Origin: an uncultured delta proteobacterium
Lineage (GTDB): Bacteria; Myxococcota; Kuafuiibacteriia; Kuafuiibacteriales; Kuafuiibacteriaceae
DNA length: 64,000 nt
Direction of reading: 5' to 3'
Assembly (NCBI GenBank): GCA_963803435.1
Contig: CAWDML010000008.1
Span: forward strand, 512,001-576,000
Shown: positions 28,010 to 39,374 of the stretch, one piece after another
Layout of the letters: every line of letters begins with the position of its first letter
Numbering within the stretch: the first letter of the stretch is position 1
The notes under the pieces: generated by a model
Database searches by the model: none
The model's input: the letters and a program-made list of their open reading frames with translations, nothing else
What the model was told of the DNA's origin: nothing
Program-made: the position numbers and the translations under genes

Positions 28010-28909
28010 TCAAGTCTGGTGCAGCGTGAGCACCGGGCGCTGCGACCAGCGCACCACCCGCTCCGCGACGCTCCCCATCGCCAGCCGCGACAGATGTCCG
28101 CGACCGCGGGTCCCCAGCGCGATCAGGTCCGCGTCCAGACGCTCCGCCGCTTCGACGATCAGCCGTCCGGGATCACCGATCTCGACCGACGAACGGGACG
28201 CCTCGATCTCGACCTCGCCGGCGAGGAAGTCCCGCATCTCCGCGGCCGCGCGCGATCGCGCCAGCTCGTAGTAAGGCTCGGGCGCACCCTGGGCCGTCGT
28301 GATGACCAGGATCTCGGTCTCTCCGAGCGACGGGATCCCGGCGATCACGTGGACGACGTGGAGCTCTGAGCCGAAGCGCCGCGCCATCTCGGCGCTCATG
28401 CGAAGCGCGGCGCGCGAGCCGCCCGAAAAGTCGATGCCCACCAGGATCTTCCGCGGCGGGAAGCTCGCGTCGCTGTCGCGATGCACCGTGATCACCGGCG
28501 TCGCGCTCGACCGCACCACCTTCTCCGCTACGCTGCCGATGAAGATCCGATCGAGCCCGGTCCGTCCGTGCGTCCCCATCACCACCAGCTGGGCGTCGCG
28601 GCTGCGCTCGAGGATCGCATCCAAGGCATCTCCGGGCTGAACGCGCAGCTCGGGCGTGCAGCTCGGGTGGGGAACCGCGGCCAGCATCCGCGCCATCTCC
28701 TCCTTCGCCTGGCCGAAGGCGAGCTCCTGAACGGTCGTCGGCGCTTCCCCCCGCGCCAGCGAGAGCGCGAGGGTCGCCGGCACGTACGGCGGGAGGCTGC
28801 AGGCGTGCAGGACCTCGACCGGCGCGCCGTAGGCCCCGGCGGCCCCGAACGCGTAGCTCAGGCCCCGGCGAGAGGCCTCCGAGAAGTCCACGGGCGCCAG
28901 GATCCTCAT
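28010..28909 (-). CDS. Universal stress protein, tandem USP domains
   Basis: ILAPVDFS...MGTHGR..GSVAEKVV and ILVGIDFS...LGTRGR..GSVAERVV. Confidence 0.92.
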   Translation of the reverse strand: MRILAPVDFSEASRRGLSYAFGAAGAYGAPVEVLHACSLPPYVPATLALSLARGEAPTTVQELAFGQAKEEMARMLAAVPHPSCTPELRVQPGDALDAILERSRDAQLVVMGTHGRTGLDRIFIGSVAEKVVRSSATPVITVHRDSDASFPPRKILVGIDFSGGSRAALRMSAEMARRFGSELHVVHVIAGIPSLGETEILVITTAQGAPEPYYELARSRAAAEMRDFLAGEVEIEASRSSVEIGDPGRLIVEAAERLDADLIALGTRGRGHLSRLAMGSVAERVVRWSQRPVLTLHQT

Positions 28910-29012
28910 CGAGCTTCGATCCTAGCACGTCGCGGTGACGCGTTCGCCGAGCGGCCCAAGGAGCGCCGCTGGCACAGAGTCTGCGTCCACCCCCGGCTGG
29001 AGGACAGCCTTC

Positions 29013-29438
29013 ATGTTCACGCGCATTCTCTTCGGCACCGACTTCACCAAGGAATCGATCGACGCCGAAAAGGAGGTCGCGGAGCTCGCCGCTTCGATGG
29101 GGGCTTCCGTGATCGTCCTGCATGCGATCGAGCCGATCGATCCGGGCGGCGACCAGGGACCCTTCGAGGAGTTCTACGCCTCGCTGCGGGCGGCGGCCTC
29201 GGAGAAGCTGACGGCGGTCGCCCGGCGCCTGGCCGACCGCAGTATCACGTGCGATGTCAAGGTGACGATCGGACCGCGCTGGAAGGAGATCGTCGATCAG
29301 GCCGCCGAAGAGTCCGTGGACCTGATCGTCCTCGGCTCGCATCCGCCCTCCGAGCCGCTCACCGTCGGGACCACGAGCCACAAGGTCTTCTGGGCCGCAC
29401 CGGTCTCGGTGATGTTCGTGCGCGAGACTTCACCGTAG
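29013..29438 (+). CDS. Universal stress protein
   Basis: GGAGG RBS; FTRILFGTDF, DLIVLGSH, GTTSHKV. Confidence 0.9.
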   Translation: MFTRILFGTDFTKESIDAEKEVAELAASMGASVIVLHAIEPIDPGGDQGPFEEFYASLRAAASEKLTAVARRLADRSITCDVKVTIGPRWKEIVDQAAEESVDLIVLGSHPPSEPLTVGTTSHKVFWAAPVSVMFVRETSP

Positions 29439-29963
29439 CCCCGATCGTTGTAGGACGACACTGCACTTCTTGACACACTCGTCGCAGATCGCGACCTCCG
29501 AGCCGGTCGGTGAGATCTCGTCGCGATTGATCAAGGAGCGCACTTCTCGCTCGGTTCGACCGCAGAAGGCACAGTGCGGCGTCGAGCCGTCGGAGGCGAA
29601 CAAGGTCTCCAGCCGTTTCAAGGTGCGATCCCGCATCTCTAGGTTCCCGGCGGCTTGGTAGGCCTTCGCCAGCCGGAGCAGCTCCTCCTGCGCCTCCTTC
29701 CGGAGCCCGATCAGGCAGTAGACGTCGGCGAGCTTGGATCGGACCGAGAGCTCGGCCGGATCGAGCATCAGCACCATCTTGTAGATGGCCGCCACCCGCT
29801 GCCAGGCGTCCCGGAGCCCGTACTGCTCCGCGGCCTGCAGGTACACGTTGATGGCCCGCTGGGGCTTCTTGTCGCTCCGATAGAGGTCAGCCAGCTCGAG
29901 GAGGGCGTCGGCGTTGTCCGGATTGGTGCGGATGCGGTGCTCGAGGCTCTCGCTGTCCGGCAC
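29430..29963 (-). CDS. TPR protein with C-terminal ClpX-type C4 zinc finger
   Basis: TPR helices then CAFCGR.EREVRSLI...VAICDECV; start codon uncertain. Confidence 0.75.
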   Translation of the reverse strand: MPDSESLEHRIRTNPDNADALLELADLYRSDKKPQRAINVYLQAAEQYGLRDAWQRVAAIYKMVLMLDPAELSVRSKLADVYCLIGLRKEAQEELLRLAKAYQAAGNLEMRDRTLKRLETLFASDGSTPHCAFCGRTEREVRSLINRDEISPTGSEVAICDECVKKCSVVLQRSGLR

Positions 29964-30284
29964 GTCGCCCAACGCTCGCCTAGTCTGGCGAGCGACCGTA
30001 CCGCCGTCAAAAGGGGGACCCCGGCCCCGAGAATGGCTCGTTTCGCGCCGGTCGCGGTGCAGAACGACCCGGGTCCGGCGGGCTTGCCTGGGGACAGCGC
30101 CTGGCATGCGCGCTGCTTCGGACGTCCCCATGAAGCGCGGTGTCCTCGAGATGACCCAGGTCCGCTCCGCCGAGAAGCGCCGGCGCCTGATCGACGCCAG
30201 CCTCCGCCGGCTGGTGGCCCGCCTCGCCGAGGAGCGTCGCGATGCTTGCCGCCAGGCGCCCGCTCGGGCTGACCTCGGCTCCAG

Positions 30285-31364
<1,080 letters not shown>

Positions 31365-31373
31365 CGCGCGCGA

Positions 31374-32210
31374 CTACCGCTCGATCGGTGTGTCCTCGCG
31401 GCCGCCCCACTCGGCCCAGCTTCCGTCGTAGACGGCCGCGTCGGGGCGCCCGATCCGATGGAGCGCCAAGGCGAGGATCGCGGCGGTAATCCCGGAGCCG
31501 CAGCTGGTGACGACCGGCTGCTCGGGATCGATCAAACGTTCGAGCACGGACCGGAGGGCGTCGACCTCGAGCATCGTGCCCTCGGGCGTGATGATCTCGC
31601 CGAAGGGGAGGTTCTTGCTCCCGGGGATCCGGCCGCCTTTCACGCCCGGACGCGGCTCGGGCTCGGTGGCCGCGAAGCGACCCCGGCTCCGGGCGTCCAG
31701 CACCTGCTCCCGACCCGTGGCGACGTTGGCCTTCATCTCGTCGAGCGATCGGACCAGCTCGGGACGGAACCGAGGCGTCCGGGCCTTGGGCGCCCACGTC
31801 CGGACCGTGCGCTCGAGGGGCCGTCCCTCGCGCTTCCACCTGGGAAGGCCTCCGTCGAGCACGGCCACGCGTTCGTGGCCGAACGCCCGAAACGTCCACC
31901 AAACCCGCCCCGCGCTCTGAAGCCCGGCGCCGTCGTACGCGATCACGAGATCGTCATCGCCGATGCCGAGCGCACCGGCGGTCTCGGCGAAGACTTCGGG
32001 CGAGGGCAGCATGTGAGGCAGGTCGGTCGTGTGATCGGCGACGGCGTCGATGTCGAAAAACTGCGCCCCCGGGAGGTGCTCGGCCTCGAACTCGGCCCGC
32101 GCGTTCCGCCCCGACGAAGGCAGGTACCACGATCCGTCCAGCACTCGAAGATCGGGGTCCGAGATGTGGGCGCTCAACCATTCGGTGTCGACGAGCGCGT
32201 TCCAGCCCAT
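31374..32210 (-). CDS. sseA: 3-mercaptopyruvate sulfurtransferase (tandem rhodanese)
   Basis: HLPGAQFFD, LPHMLP, LDGGLPRW, CGSGITA, YDGSWAEW. Confidence 0.92.
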   Translation of the reverse strand: MGWNALVDTEWLSAHISDPDLRVLDGSWYLPSSGRNARAEFEAEHLPGAQFFDIDAVADHTTDLPHMLPSPEVFAETAGALGIGDDDLVIAYDGAGLQSAGRVWWTFRAFGHERVAVLDGGLPRWKREGRPLERTVRTWAPKARTPRFRPELVRSLDEMKANVATGREQVLDARSRGRFAATEPEPRPGVKGGRIPGSKNLPFGEIITPEGTMLEVDALRSVLERLIDPEQPVVTSCGSGITAAILALALHRIGRPDAAVYDGSWAEWGGREDTPIER

Positions 32211-32284
32211 CGCCGTGGCGTAGCGCGCCCTCCGGTCCTGATCAACCGGGTTGCCGATCGAAGTTTGTGGGTAGAATGGCCCCG

Positions 32285-33628
32285 ATGGGCGGTCGGTGGC
32301 TGGGCGTGTCCGCGGTCGGTCTCCTGGCCGCATCGTGCGGTGACCGGATCGTCACGCTCGATCTCCCTCCGTTGGACGGTGCGCGCTCGGCGGTGTTTGC
32401 GTTTCATGGCCCGGATCGCTTCGAGGCGCGCGCGGTCGATCTCGAGGCGGGGGAAGTGGCGGTCGTGTTCCCCGGCGACCTCAGCTACGGCGCCGAGGGC
32501 AGCGTCGAGGCGCTCGGCTTCTCGTCGACGCTCGGCGAGCTCGGCCTCCAAGCGGGACGGATCGACAGCGTCACGGACGGTGCGCCGCTCAAGAAGGAGG
32601 ACACCGTCTTCGTGGCGACCTTCCGCGGGAGCGCGACCGATGAATGGGTCGCGGTGTCTGCACGAAGCCCCGAGGTCGACGCGCTCCGCATCCCGGTGAG
32701 CGTCGAGTGCGCGCAGTTCGAGGACGTCTCCTCCTTCATCCTCGACACCTCGGCCGATCTCAGCTTCGCGCTCGCGCTCGGTCCCGAGCGAGTATTGCTC
32801 GGCTACGAGGACGAGAGCGCCTTCGTCGTGGATCCCTCCGGCGCCGCCCGCGTCACCGACCGCCCGTCCCGCCTCCCGCTCCGAGACGTGCTCGAGCTCG
32901 ACGACGGCTCGCTGCTGTTCGCCGGCAGCAGCGGGCGTATCTGGAGCGGGCGCATCACCACCAGCACCAGCGGCAGCCCGATCCGGATCGAGGGCGAGCC
33001 GTTCACCGAGATCCCGGGCACCGATACCATCGTCCAGTTCGCCGGCGGCCGCGACAACGGAGCCCTCGAGCTCTTCGCCATCGTGAAGGAGGGCGGCTTC
33101 TACCGCTTCGACGGTACCTCGTGGCGCTTGCTCTACGACCTCGGCATCCGGGTCGGCACGGCCACCTCGGTGGTCCGCGTTCGTCCCGGACTCGCCTACA
33201 CCGGCACCGACGAGAGCTCCGTGCTGGTCCGCTACCTCGACGGCTCCGTCGGGCCCTTCTCTCCACCTGATCTATTCAATGGAATACCGGGCCTCGCCTA
33301 CTTCTCCGGCGTCGGGTTGCTGGCGAGCATCAGCGAGGGCGGAATCTTTCGCCTCTCCGACGATCTCCATTGGGAGCTGCTCGAGGGCAGCCCGATCGCG
33401 GTCAACGTCTATTCGTTCTACCAGCTCCCCGACAGCTTTCTCTTCGGGAGCGCGTTCGGCTTCCTCTCCGAGTACCGGTTCGGTGTCGGCTACTGCCCGC
33501 CGGTCCAGCTGAGCGCCGGTGCGCTCCGCAGCATGACACCGTTCGGCGAAGACGGCTTCGTGTTCGGTGAGGACCGCCCGATGAGCCGAGACTTCGATCA
33601 GGTGACGATCGTGCGCCGTCTTCGGTAG
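32285..33628 (+). CDS. Lipoprotein with probable beta-propeller domain
   Basis: Lipobox LLAASC; repeated short beta-blade patterns (YRFDGTSW etc.). Confidence 0.65.
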   Translation: MGGRWLGVSAVGLLAASCGDRIVTLDLPPLDGARSAVFAFHGPDRFEARAVDLEAGEVAVVFPGDLSYGAEGSVEALGFSSTLGELGLQAGRIDSVTDGAPLKKEDTVFVATFRGSATDEWVAVSARSPEVDALRIPVSVECAQFEDVSSFILDTSADLSFALALGPERVLLGYEDESAFVVDPSGAARVTDRPSRLPLRDVLELDDGSLLFAGSSGRIWSGRITTSTSGSPIRIEGEPFTEIPGTDTIVQFAGGRDNGALELFAIVKEGGFYRFDGTSWRLLYDLGIRVGTATSVVRVRPGLAYTGTDESSVLVRYLDGSVGPFSPPDLFNGIPGLAYFSGVGLLASISEGGIFRLSDDLHWELLEGSPIAVNVYSFYQLPDSFLFGSAFGFLSEYRFGVGYCPPVQLSAGALRSMTPFGEDGFVFGEDRPMSRDFDQVTIVRRLR

Positions 33629-33631
33629 ACC

Positions 33632-35068
33632 TCAAAACTGGAAGTAGATGAAGGCGCGATGGGCCAGGGCGTCCTCGGCGCCCGCGTAGACGGCGGCGCC
33701 CAGGGCGATGGCGAAGCCGGCTTGGACCAGCGCCGGCAACCGCAAGAAGGCGGAGGCGCTCCGTTCGACACGGGGTTCGACGACGACATGGACCACGGCC
33801 GCGACGACCAACGCCGGCAGCACACCGGGCGCGAGGGTCTCGAGTGGCTGGCGCACGTGGCTGGCGAGCGTCGTCAAGTATTCGACCGCGGCGGGCAACG
33901 ATTGGGCGCGGAAGAACACCCAAGCCAGGGTCACGACGTGGAAGGTGAACAGCGTGCGCAGCACCCGATACCCGGGCGGTGGGTGGCGCGCCGCCAGCGC
34001 CGCCAGCGCGCCCAGTCGCGAAGAGCCGAGCATGCGCTCGGACACGAAGATGACGCCATGGATCGAGCCCCAGACGATGAACGTGTAGTTGGCGCCGTGC
34101 CACAGCCCGCTCAGCAGGAACACAGACATGGCCGCGATCAACCACTGCCGGCGCGTGCCCCGATTGCCGCCCAGCGGCAGGTACACGTAGTCGCGAAACC
34201 AGGTGCTGAGGGAGATGTGCCAGCGCCGCCAGAATTGACCGAGCGAGCCCGCCAAGTAAGGCGCGTCGAAGTTCTTGGGAAACTCGAAGCCCAGCAAGCG
34301 GCCCACACCGATGGCGATGTCCGAGTAGGCCGAGAAGTCGCAGAAGATCTGAAACGAATAGCCGTAGGCTGCGAGCAGTAGGAAGCCGGACGACTTGCTG
34401 CTCGGATCCGCGAAGGCCGGATCGACCAGAAGGGCGCCCAGAGGATCGGCGATCAGCAACTTCTTGGCGAAGCCGAACAGGATCAGGAACAGGCCGGTGT
34501 AGTCGTACTTGCGGCTCTTCATCTCGCGCATCTGGGGCAAAAGGTCGGCCGCCCGGACGATGGGCCCCGCAACCAGCTGAGGGAACAGGGTCACGAAGCA
34601 CATGAAGCGGACGAAGCTCTTCTCGGGCTCGATCTGACGGCGATACACGTCGATCGTGTAACTCATGGTCTGAAACGTGTAGAACGAGATGCCCACCGGG
34701 AGGATGATGTCGAGCGTGTGCAAGTGCGTCGCGCGCACGCCCAGGGCCAACATCAGATCGCTCAGGCTACGAATGCCGAAGTTGGCGTACTTGAAGAAAC
34801 CGAGCAGCCCGAGATTCGAGATCATCGAGACGATCAGCCACCTCCTCCGCGTCTTGGTGTCCTCCGAGCGTGCGATGCGCGCGCCGCTCACGAAGTCCAC
34901 GACCGAGGAGAACAGCAGCAGCGGCAACAGCTCGACCTTCCACCAGCCGTAGAACACCAGGCTCGCCACCAGCAGCATGCCGATCTGAAGGCGCGGCTCG
35001 TCGATCAGCCGCTCCAGACCCAGCACGATGAGCAGGAATGGTAGAAACACGATCTCGGTGAAGTTCAC
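33632..35068 (-). CDS. MBOAT O-acyltransferase (AlgI/DltB family)
   Basis: LPVGISFYTFQ, FPQLVAGPI, DFSAYSDIA, FWRRWHISLS, SGLWHGA. Confidence 0.93.
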   Translation of the reverse strand: MNFTEIVFLPFLLIVLGLERLIDEPRLQIGMLLVASLVFYGWWKVELLPLLLFSSVVDFVSGARIARSEDTKTRRRWLIVSMISNLGLLGFFKYANFGIRSLSDLMLALGVRATHLHTLDIILPVGISFYTFQTMSYTIDVYRRQIEPEKSFVRFMCFVTLFPQLVAGPIVRAADLLPQMREMKSRKYDYTGLFLILFGFAKKLLIADPLGALLVDPAFADPSSKSSGFLLLAAYGYSFQIFCDFSAYSDIAIGVGRLLGFEFPKNFDAPYLAGSLGQFWRRWHISLSTWFRDYVYLPLGGNRGTRRQWLIAAMSVFLLSGLWHGANYTFIVWGSIHGVIFVSERMLGSSRLGALAALAARHPPPGYRVLRTLFTFHVVTLAWVFFRAQSLPAAVEYLTTLASHVRQPLETLAPGVLPALVVAAVVHVVVEPRVERSASAFLRLPALVQAGFAIALGAAVYAGAEDALAHRAFIYFQF

Positions 35069-36045
35069 GGCGTCGATGCCCCAGCGGATGGAATCCCGTC
35101 GAAGACCGAGCTCGCCATCAGCCGCTCAGTGAAGATCGCCGTGCCCTTGCCGTTCCAGTGGCCGGCGTCGCGCCAAAGCTCCGGCTCGAACAGCCCGTCC
35201 AGATCGAGAAGCACCGGCTCACCCAGCTCGCGAAGCAGCGCCAGGAACCGCGGCCCGGGCAGCGGCGCGTTCCGCTCGGGAATGAACAGGAAGTACAGCC
35301 TGACGCCCTTCTCCCGACAGAGTGCGGAAATCTTCCGCAGGTATTCGTCCCGAAACAGCGTGCTCGAGTCATCGAACGCTCCGTAGTGAGCCGGCACGTC
35401 CTTGATCGATGCGTAGAACTCCGCCTGGGCCTCGGCCGTCACGCTGGGCGCGTGGTGGCCGAAGGCCGCGTCCTGGTTCCGAAGGTCCTGGTCCCGAATC
35501 GATCCGTGCCAAAGACGCCGATACCAAAGATAGAAGCCTCGCACCGTCTCGCATGCGTAATAGTCGATCACGTCGGCCAGTACCATCTTGAAGGGTCGCT
35601 GAAAACCGAGGACCTGCCGCCAGTCGAGCTCTCGCAATTTTTGAGTGGGGAGATCCAGCGGACCGCCCAAGTACGCCGAATAGGGATGAACGTCGTACTC
35701 TTCTTCGTGGGCGACCTCCAGGACCAGGCGTTCGAGCTTTTGTTGCTCGAGCAGATCTCGAACCACGATCCAGCGCGCCTGACGACCGAACCAGTTGGCG
35801 CCCAGGTTGTAGGCTCGCGCTCGAGGCATTCGCGCGTTGATCGTGTCGGTCTCCACCGCCGTCCAGGTGCGCGACGTTCCGACGAAGGCGATACGCATGT
35901 CGGTGTGCGGATCGAAGATCTTCTGGCCGATCCAGTTGTACGGATAGGCCTTCATCTCGTACTTGAGAGAAGGATCGACGGCGAATGCCACGATCGACAG
36001 CGCCGACAGAAGCGCGAGGGCGAGCAAGAAGCGAGCGAGCTTCAT
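35065..36045 (-). CDS. SGNH-like periplasmic partner of MBOAT (AlgJ/DltD-like)
   Basis: N-terminal anchor, FVGTSR (block I), WRDAGHWN (DxxH); overlaps the MBOAT start. Confidence 0.7.
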   Translation of the reverse strand: MKLARFLLALALLSALSIVAFAVDPSLKYEMKAYPYNWIGQKIFDPHTDMRIAFVGTSRTWTAVETDTINARMPRARAYNLGANWFGRQARWIVVRDLLEQQKLERLVLEVAHEEEYDVHPYSAYLGGPLDLPTQKLRELDWRQVLGFQRPFKMVLADVIDYYACETVRGFYLWYRRLWHGSIRDQDLRNQDAAFGHHAPSVTAEAQAEFYASIKDVPAHYGAFDDSSTLFRDEYLRKISALCREKGVRLYFLFIPERNAPLPGPRFLALLRELGEPVLLDLDGLFEPELWRDAGHWNGKGTAIFTERLMASSVFDGIPSAGASTP

Positions 36046-36062
36046 GTCCGGTCCCGACGCCT

Positions 36063-37703
36063 CTAAGGCGCGAAGATGACGAGCGCGCCGTTGTAGCGTG
36101 AGCCTGGGAGCGCCCCCTGCTGCACCCAGTTACCGGCAGGTGCCACGGTGAGAACCTCGTCGTGGGCCTGCGTCGGGAACGAGAGGAAGCGCGTGCCGCC
36201 TCCGGCGAGCCAGATCGCGCCGCCCCACGAGACGGCCGAGGCGCTGCCCGTGTTGCTCGGCAGATCGTCGGCGTCGGTGAACGACTGCCCGTCGGTGGTC
36301 TGCCAGACGGTCGTCACGCCGTCGTTCGCGTTCTGGCTGCCGCCGAAGAACCAGATCCGCCGCTCGTGCTCCGCGATCCCCAGGTAGATCCGTGGCTCCG
36401 GGAGCTGTCCGCGGGGGGTCCAGGTGGTTCCGTCGAAGCTCGACCAGAGCTCGTCGTGCACGTCGGGCGAAGAGCCGCCCGCGTACCAGATCTGGCCGTC
36501 ATGGACGATCGCGGCGCCGTACGCGCGCACTTCGGGGAGTCGACCGACCAGCGTCCAAACCATCCCGTCCGGGCTCATCCACACCTCGTCGTGGTACACG
36601 TCTGCGCCGTCGCGCCCTCCGATCAGGAAGAGGCGTTGCTGGAAGACGACCAGCTGGTTGCCGCGCAGGGACACCGGGAGGTTGCCGGCCGTCGAGAAGT
36701 GCGCGCCGTCCGTGCTCGAGAGGAGGAGCTGCGAGGCGGAGAAGTTTTGATTGCGCCCTCCGGCGATCCAGATCCGGCCGTTGTAGACGACGGCCGCGTG
36801 CAGATAGAGCGGCGTGGGGAGCGAACCGACGGTCTGCCAGCTGACGCCGTCGCTGCTCCTGAAGATCTCGTCCTGGTCGCCGGAGCCGCTCACGCCACCG
36901 AGGTAGATCAGCGCGCCGTGTCCGAAGCTCACGGTGGCGCTGGCGGTCTGCCCGATCGCGTCCTGGACGAGCACCCGGCCCGATCCGGGGACGCCGTCCG
37001 AGAAGAAGTCACCGGTGGCCGGGTCGATCGCTCCCGTACCGCTGGAAACGCTGAACGAGTAGGGCTGCACGCCGCCGGACGCGGTGAACTGGCCGTGGCT
37101 GTTCAGGTTGATCTCCGCGGACATGGGGAGCAGCACCAGCGGCGAGGCCGTCACGAAGACGTCGATGGTGGAGGTGGCCTCACCGCCGCGTCCGTCCCCT
37201 ACGCGGTAGCCGAAGTGGTCGCGTCCTGCGAAGCCGGCGGCCGGCGTGTAGGCGATGCGAGCGCTCGCCGTGATCGAGGCGGATCCGTGCTGCGGTGGAT
37301 CGACGGAGACCAAGGAGAGGGGGTCGCCGTCCGGATCGGAGTCGTTGGCCAGCACCGGGATCTCGATGGCCGTGCCGAAGGCCGTGGTCGCGCTGTCGGC
37401 CAGGGCGATCGGAGGCCGGTTCTCAGACGCGGCATCCTGATCGTCCCCGCCGTCCGTCCGCTCGGCCGAGTCCGTGGTCCCGCCGTCCTTGGGATCCAGC
37501 ATTCCCGAATCTTCCGCCGGCGACGCGTCGGTGACGTGGGCGTCGCCGCCCGACGGCAAGCCGGCGGCAGGAGGGTCGAAGACGCAACCGGTCGAACCGA
37601 CCACGACGACCACGGCCAGCGGTGCGAAGGGCGACAACGCGATGAGGCTATCGCGCGCGGGGCGTTCCGGGCCACCGCCATACGGCCGATCGAGGCGCGC
37701 CAT
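36063..37703 (-). CDS. Exported protein with Ig-like (cadherin-like) domain and kelch repeats
   Basis: NRPPIALADS..VLANDSDPDGDPL..FGYRVGDG, then repeated (IW/LF)xxGG kelch blades; start uncertain. Confidence 0.8.
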   Translation of the reverse strand: MARLDRPYGGGPERPARDSLIALSPFAPLAVVVVVGSTGCVFDPPAAGLPSGGDAHVTDASPAEDSGMLDPKDGGTTDSAERTDGGDDQDAASENRPPIALADSATTAFGTAIEIPVLANDSDPDGDPLSLVSVDPPQHGSASITASARIAYTPAAGFAGRDHFGYRVGDGRGGEATSTIDVFVTASPLVLLPMSAEINLNSHGQFTASGGVQPYSFSVSSGTGAIDPATGDFFSDGVPGSGRVLVQDAIGQTASATVSFGHGALIYLGGVSGSGDQDEIFRSSDGVSWQTVGSLPTPLYLHAAVVYNGRIWIAGGRNQNFSASQLLLSSTDGAHFSTAGNLPVSLRGNQLVVFQQRLFLIGGRDGADVYHDEVWMSPDGMVWTLVGRLPEVRAYGAAIVHDGQIWYAGGSSPDVHDELWSSFDGTTWTPRGQLPEPRIYLGIAEHERRIWFFGGSQNANDGVTTVWQTTDGQSFTDADDLPSNTGSASAVSWGGAIWLAGGGTRFLSFPTQAHDEVLTVAPAGNWVQQGALPGSRYNGALVIFAP

Positions 37704-37880
37704 CCCCGGGAGAGCCCGCAACGCCGCGTTCACCTTGCTCCCGGAGTTCTCGAGGCATCGCAGAAGGGAGAATGCGGTTGCGGCGCTGCCCGCACGTCGC
37801 GTCGCGCGCCGCGCGAACATGCCGCGTGTCGCGCCGGCCTGTTCGTTGCGCCCACGCGCGATCTGGGCGATACGGCGCCG

Positions 37881-38846
37881 ATGGGTTGGGACATCAGCTA
37901 TCACCCGATCGATCCGACCTTCGTGCATGCGCGTGTCCTCGCGTACGTCCGCGGCGAGCGGACCATCGACGACCTCGTCGCTTCCGCGGTTCGGCTCGCC
38001 AAGGTGCGCTTTCGCGCGAACGCGTGGGGCCTGGGTTTGGTGGAGCTGTCGCGCACACGGGACGTCCCTGGGTTCAATCCGGACCTCCACGTCTGGGGTC
38101 GTCCGTTCCTGATCACGGACCGCGATCCCGCTGCCATCTCCTCGTCGATCGACGCGTATCTCGAGGTGCCGATCGAGCGGGTCGACGCGCTCGCGGAGAG
38201 AATGATCGCAGCGCTCGATCCCCACCTCGCGGGTCCAGGTATCGTGAAGCCTTCAGCCGAAGGCGACCTCCCCGACGACGACGATCTCATCCTCGGGATC
38301 CGCGGCAATCTCGACCTCTTTCGGGCGGCCCGAGCGACGATCGTCGCCGGAGACCGCGAGGTCGTGGCCCCCGACGGTCGGGTCCACGACGCCCGCGCGC
38401 TGTTTGCCAGCGACTTCCCGCTCACGGCCGTCACCTTCGCGGCCCAGTTCCGCCCCGGGTGGATGGCGCGGGGGTACGGCTGGCCCACGCAGCTGTTCGC
38501 GGAGATCGACGTCGACACCTCGGCGCTGTTCACCATGCCGACGGATCTCTTCGCGCCCCTGCTGGGAGAGATCCCCGAGATCGAAGAGCAGCTCGCCACC
38601 ACCATCCAGCAGAACTACTCGCTCGGAGGCTACGTGGCGCCTTCCGGAGTGCCGACGCTGCTCGAGCTCCTCGATCGCCACTCGCTGGCCATCGACGATT
38701 GGGCCCGCTCGGAGGGGTGGGGCGACGACGGGGCGCAGTCCTACCTGGTGGGGATCCGCGAAGCCGCCCTCGACGCGCAGCGCCGCGGCTTCGGCTTCCT
38801 GGAGGCGACCGAGATCTACAGCGGCCCGCTCGGGATCATGAACTGA
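37881..38846 (+). CDS. Hypothetical protein
   Basis: MGWDISYHPID... 321 aa, typical codon usage; in an operon with the thioesterase. Confidence 0.7.
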   Translation: MGWDISYHPIDPTFVHARVLAYVRGERTIDDLVASAVRLAKVRFRANAWGLGLVELSRTRDVPGFNPDLHVWGRPFLITDRDPAAISSSIDAYLEVPIERVDALAERMIAALDPHLAGPGIVKPSAEGDLPDDDDLILGIRGNLDLFRAARATIVAGDREVVAPDGRVHDARALFASDFPLTAVTFAAQFRPGWMARGYGWPTQLFAEIDVDTSALFTMPTDLFAPLLGEIPEIEEQLATTIQQNYSLGGYVAPSGVPTLLELLDRHSLAIDDWARSEGWGDDGAQSYLVGIREAALDAQRRGFGFLEATEIYSGPLGIMN

Positions 38847-38855
38847 GGCCGGGAG

Positions 38856-39329
38856 ATGGAGCGCCTCGACGGTTCGATCTTCGGCGCCGACCAACCCTGC
38901 TTCGGATGCTCGCCGACGCATCCGATCGGGTTCCATCTGACGTTCGAGCGGGAGGACGAGGGCGTGGTGACGCGCTTTGTCCCCGGCGATCGCTACCAGG
39001 GGCCGCCCGGCGTGATGCACGGCGGACTGGTGATGGCCCTGGCCGACGAGATCGGCGCCTGGTCCGTGATCGCGAAGACCGGGAAGTTCGGCTTCACCGC
39101 CTCGATCGAGGGCAGGCTCAAGCGGCCCGTCCGCACGGGCACCGAGCTGATCGGGCGCGGCCGAGTGTTGCGCGACGGCCGCCGCGTGGTGACCTCCGCC
39201 GTCGCGATCGAGCAGGCCGGCGAGCTCGCGTTCGAGGCCGAGCTCCGCTTCGCGCTGCTCGACGCCGCGGGTGCCGAGCGGCTGCTGGGCGGACCCATCC
39301 CGGAGTCGTGGCTGCGCTTCAGCCGGTGA
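38856..39329 (+). CDS. PaaI/hotdog-fold thioesterase
   Basis: CFGC, YQGPPGVMHGG..LADE. Confidence 0.9.
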   Translation: MERLDGSIFGADQPCFGCSPTHPIGFHLTFEREDEGVVTRFVPGDRYQGPPGVMHGGLVMALADEIGAWSVIAKTGKFGFTASIEGRLKRPVRTGTELIGRGRVLRDGRRVVTSAVAIEQAGELAFEAELRFALLDAAGAERLLGGPIPESWLRFSR

Positions 39330-39374
39330 CCTGATCATCGCAGCACGGATTGCAAAGGGCCGTGGCGCGCTGCC

